Part shown: piece after piece, positions 63,101-64,000 of the stretch
Position numbering within the stretch: position 1 is the first letter of the stretch
How the letters are laid out: each line of letters begins with the position of its first letter
DNA from: Tubulanus polymorphus
Lineage: Eukaryota > Animalia > Nemertea
Reading direction: 5' to 3'
Length of the DNA: 64,000 nt
Assembly (NCBI RefSeq): GCF_964204645.1
Contig: NC_134030.1
Coordinates: 5,064,778-5,128,777 of the forward strand
Translations under genes and position numbers: made by a program
The notes under the pieces: model-generated
Told to the model about the DNA's origin: nothing
The model's database searches: none
Seen by the model: the letters and a program-made list of their open reading frames with translations, nothing else

Positions 63101-64000
63101 CTTATACAACGATAGTTCAAACAGCTTTAATACTGGTTTCGTGGTAGAAAAAATATACTAATCATCGAATATGAAATCTCACACATATATCTGGGCGACG
63201 ACGTTCGATTTTTTGATGATGAAATTGAGGAGTTCGGGAGAGTTCTACCGGGACTGAGATTCACGGTCTATTCGAGAGGTGTTTACCACCAGAAAATAAA
63301 TCGTGCGCACTGCAAAGTGTACGACGCAGAGCCGGGTAATCCGGAAAGGCGCCATCTTACCAAGATGAGACGCGTACTCATTCATTTCCGGTCGTCCCCG
63401 ATGGACCTGATCAACCCTCCACATAATAAACACTTAATCCTCGCAAAAACCGGCTTCCATTTCGACTGATAATATGACACTATCTATATGCAAGCAAACT
63501 GGTCCGCCGGCGACTCTAAACTCCTAAACACTATTATATTTGTATCCGATGTGTCATTATGGACGCTCATTCAATTAAATACATCCACAGAGGTTGTCAT
63601 TATCTTACCCAAAAATCTCATAATGCCACATTACTATAAGACAAATTTATAAATGGCTGAATAACGACAATTTGTACTGAGTCCCACAAGTCAGACGGCC
63701 AGATAAGGCGGCTATAAGGAGGCACTAGGATGCGTTACTGTTTAGAGTAAATTCGACCCTTGGGATGTGGCACACCACACAACCGATGTATTTCGTTCAC
63801 AATTCATATTCTGCTGTGGAGCATCGAACGTGAAAGAGACAAATTGCCCGAGTCTCCCAGGTTTAAAGTTTTAATCCACGAAACTGCCGGAGAAAGATGC
63901 TGTAAATAATGAAGACGACGTTTGTGTAGCAAAGTCGATTACGTTCGGATGTGATTAAAATCATTCAGACTCGTGTACTCGAGTCGATGAAGAAGACGTT

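Noticed and set aside
53400-64000. Conserved microRNAs (miR-10, miR-34, let-7, miR-1, miR-124) or homeobox exons
   Set aside because: A visual scan found only short seed-like matches, no full mature sequence or hairpin, and no homeodomain translation. A formal search is still needed.

Overview
AT-rich (visually about 35% GC), intron-containing animal genomic DNA. It is most consistent with a compact-genome marine invertebrate, probably a lophotrochozoan (inference from gene content and repeat style; the species cannot be determined). No prokaryotic features are present. Nine protein-coding genes were assembled by hand from GT-AG splice sites, each with a consistent reading frame: Gli/Ci (-, 16 exons, about 1638 aa), a head-to-head MRPL45(-)/MRPL37(+) pair, CKS1(+), a BTG3/4-like gene(-), a probable C21orf91/EURL orthologue(-), RSPH1(+) with an RFX X-box, an orphan Cys-rich secreted protein(-) and an intronless class A peptide GPCR(-). 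There are two large non-coding blocks (10.6-26 kb upstream of Gli, and 53.4-64 kb), many short non-autonomous DNA transposons (MITEs), a 34-bp minisatellite and a perfect 71-bp palindrome. Most notable: an apparent invertebrate EURL/C21orf91 gene in the same tandem arrangement with BTG3 as I recall for human chr21; a perfect GLI site upstream of a Gli gene with a remodelled PKA cluster; and a candidate poison microexon in Gli. Comparisons with human proteins are from memory and need database confirmation.
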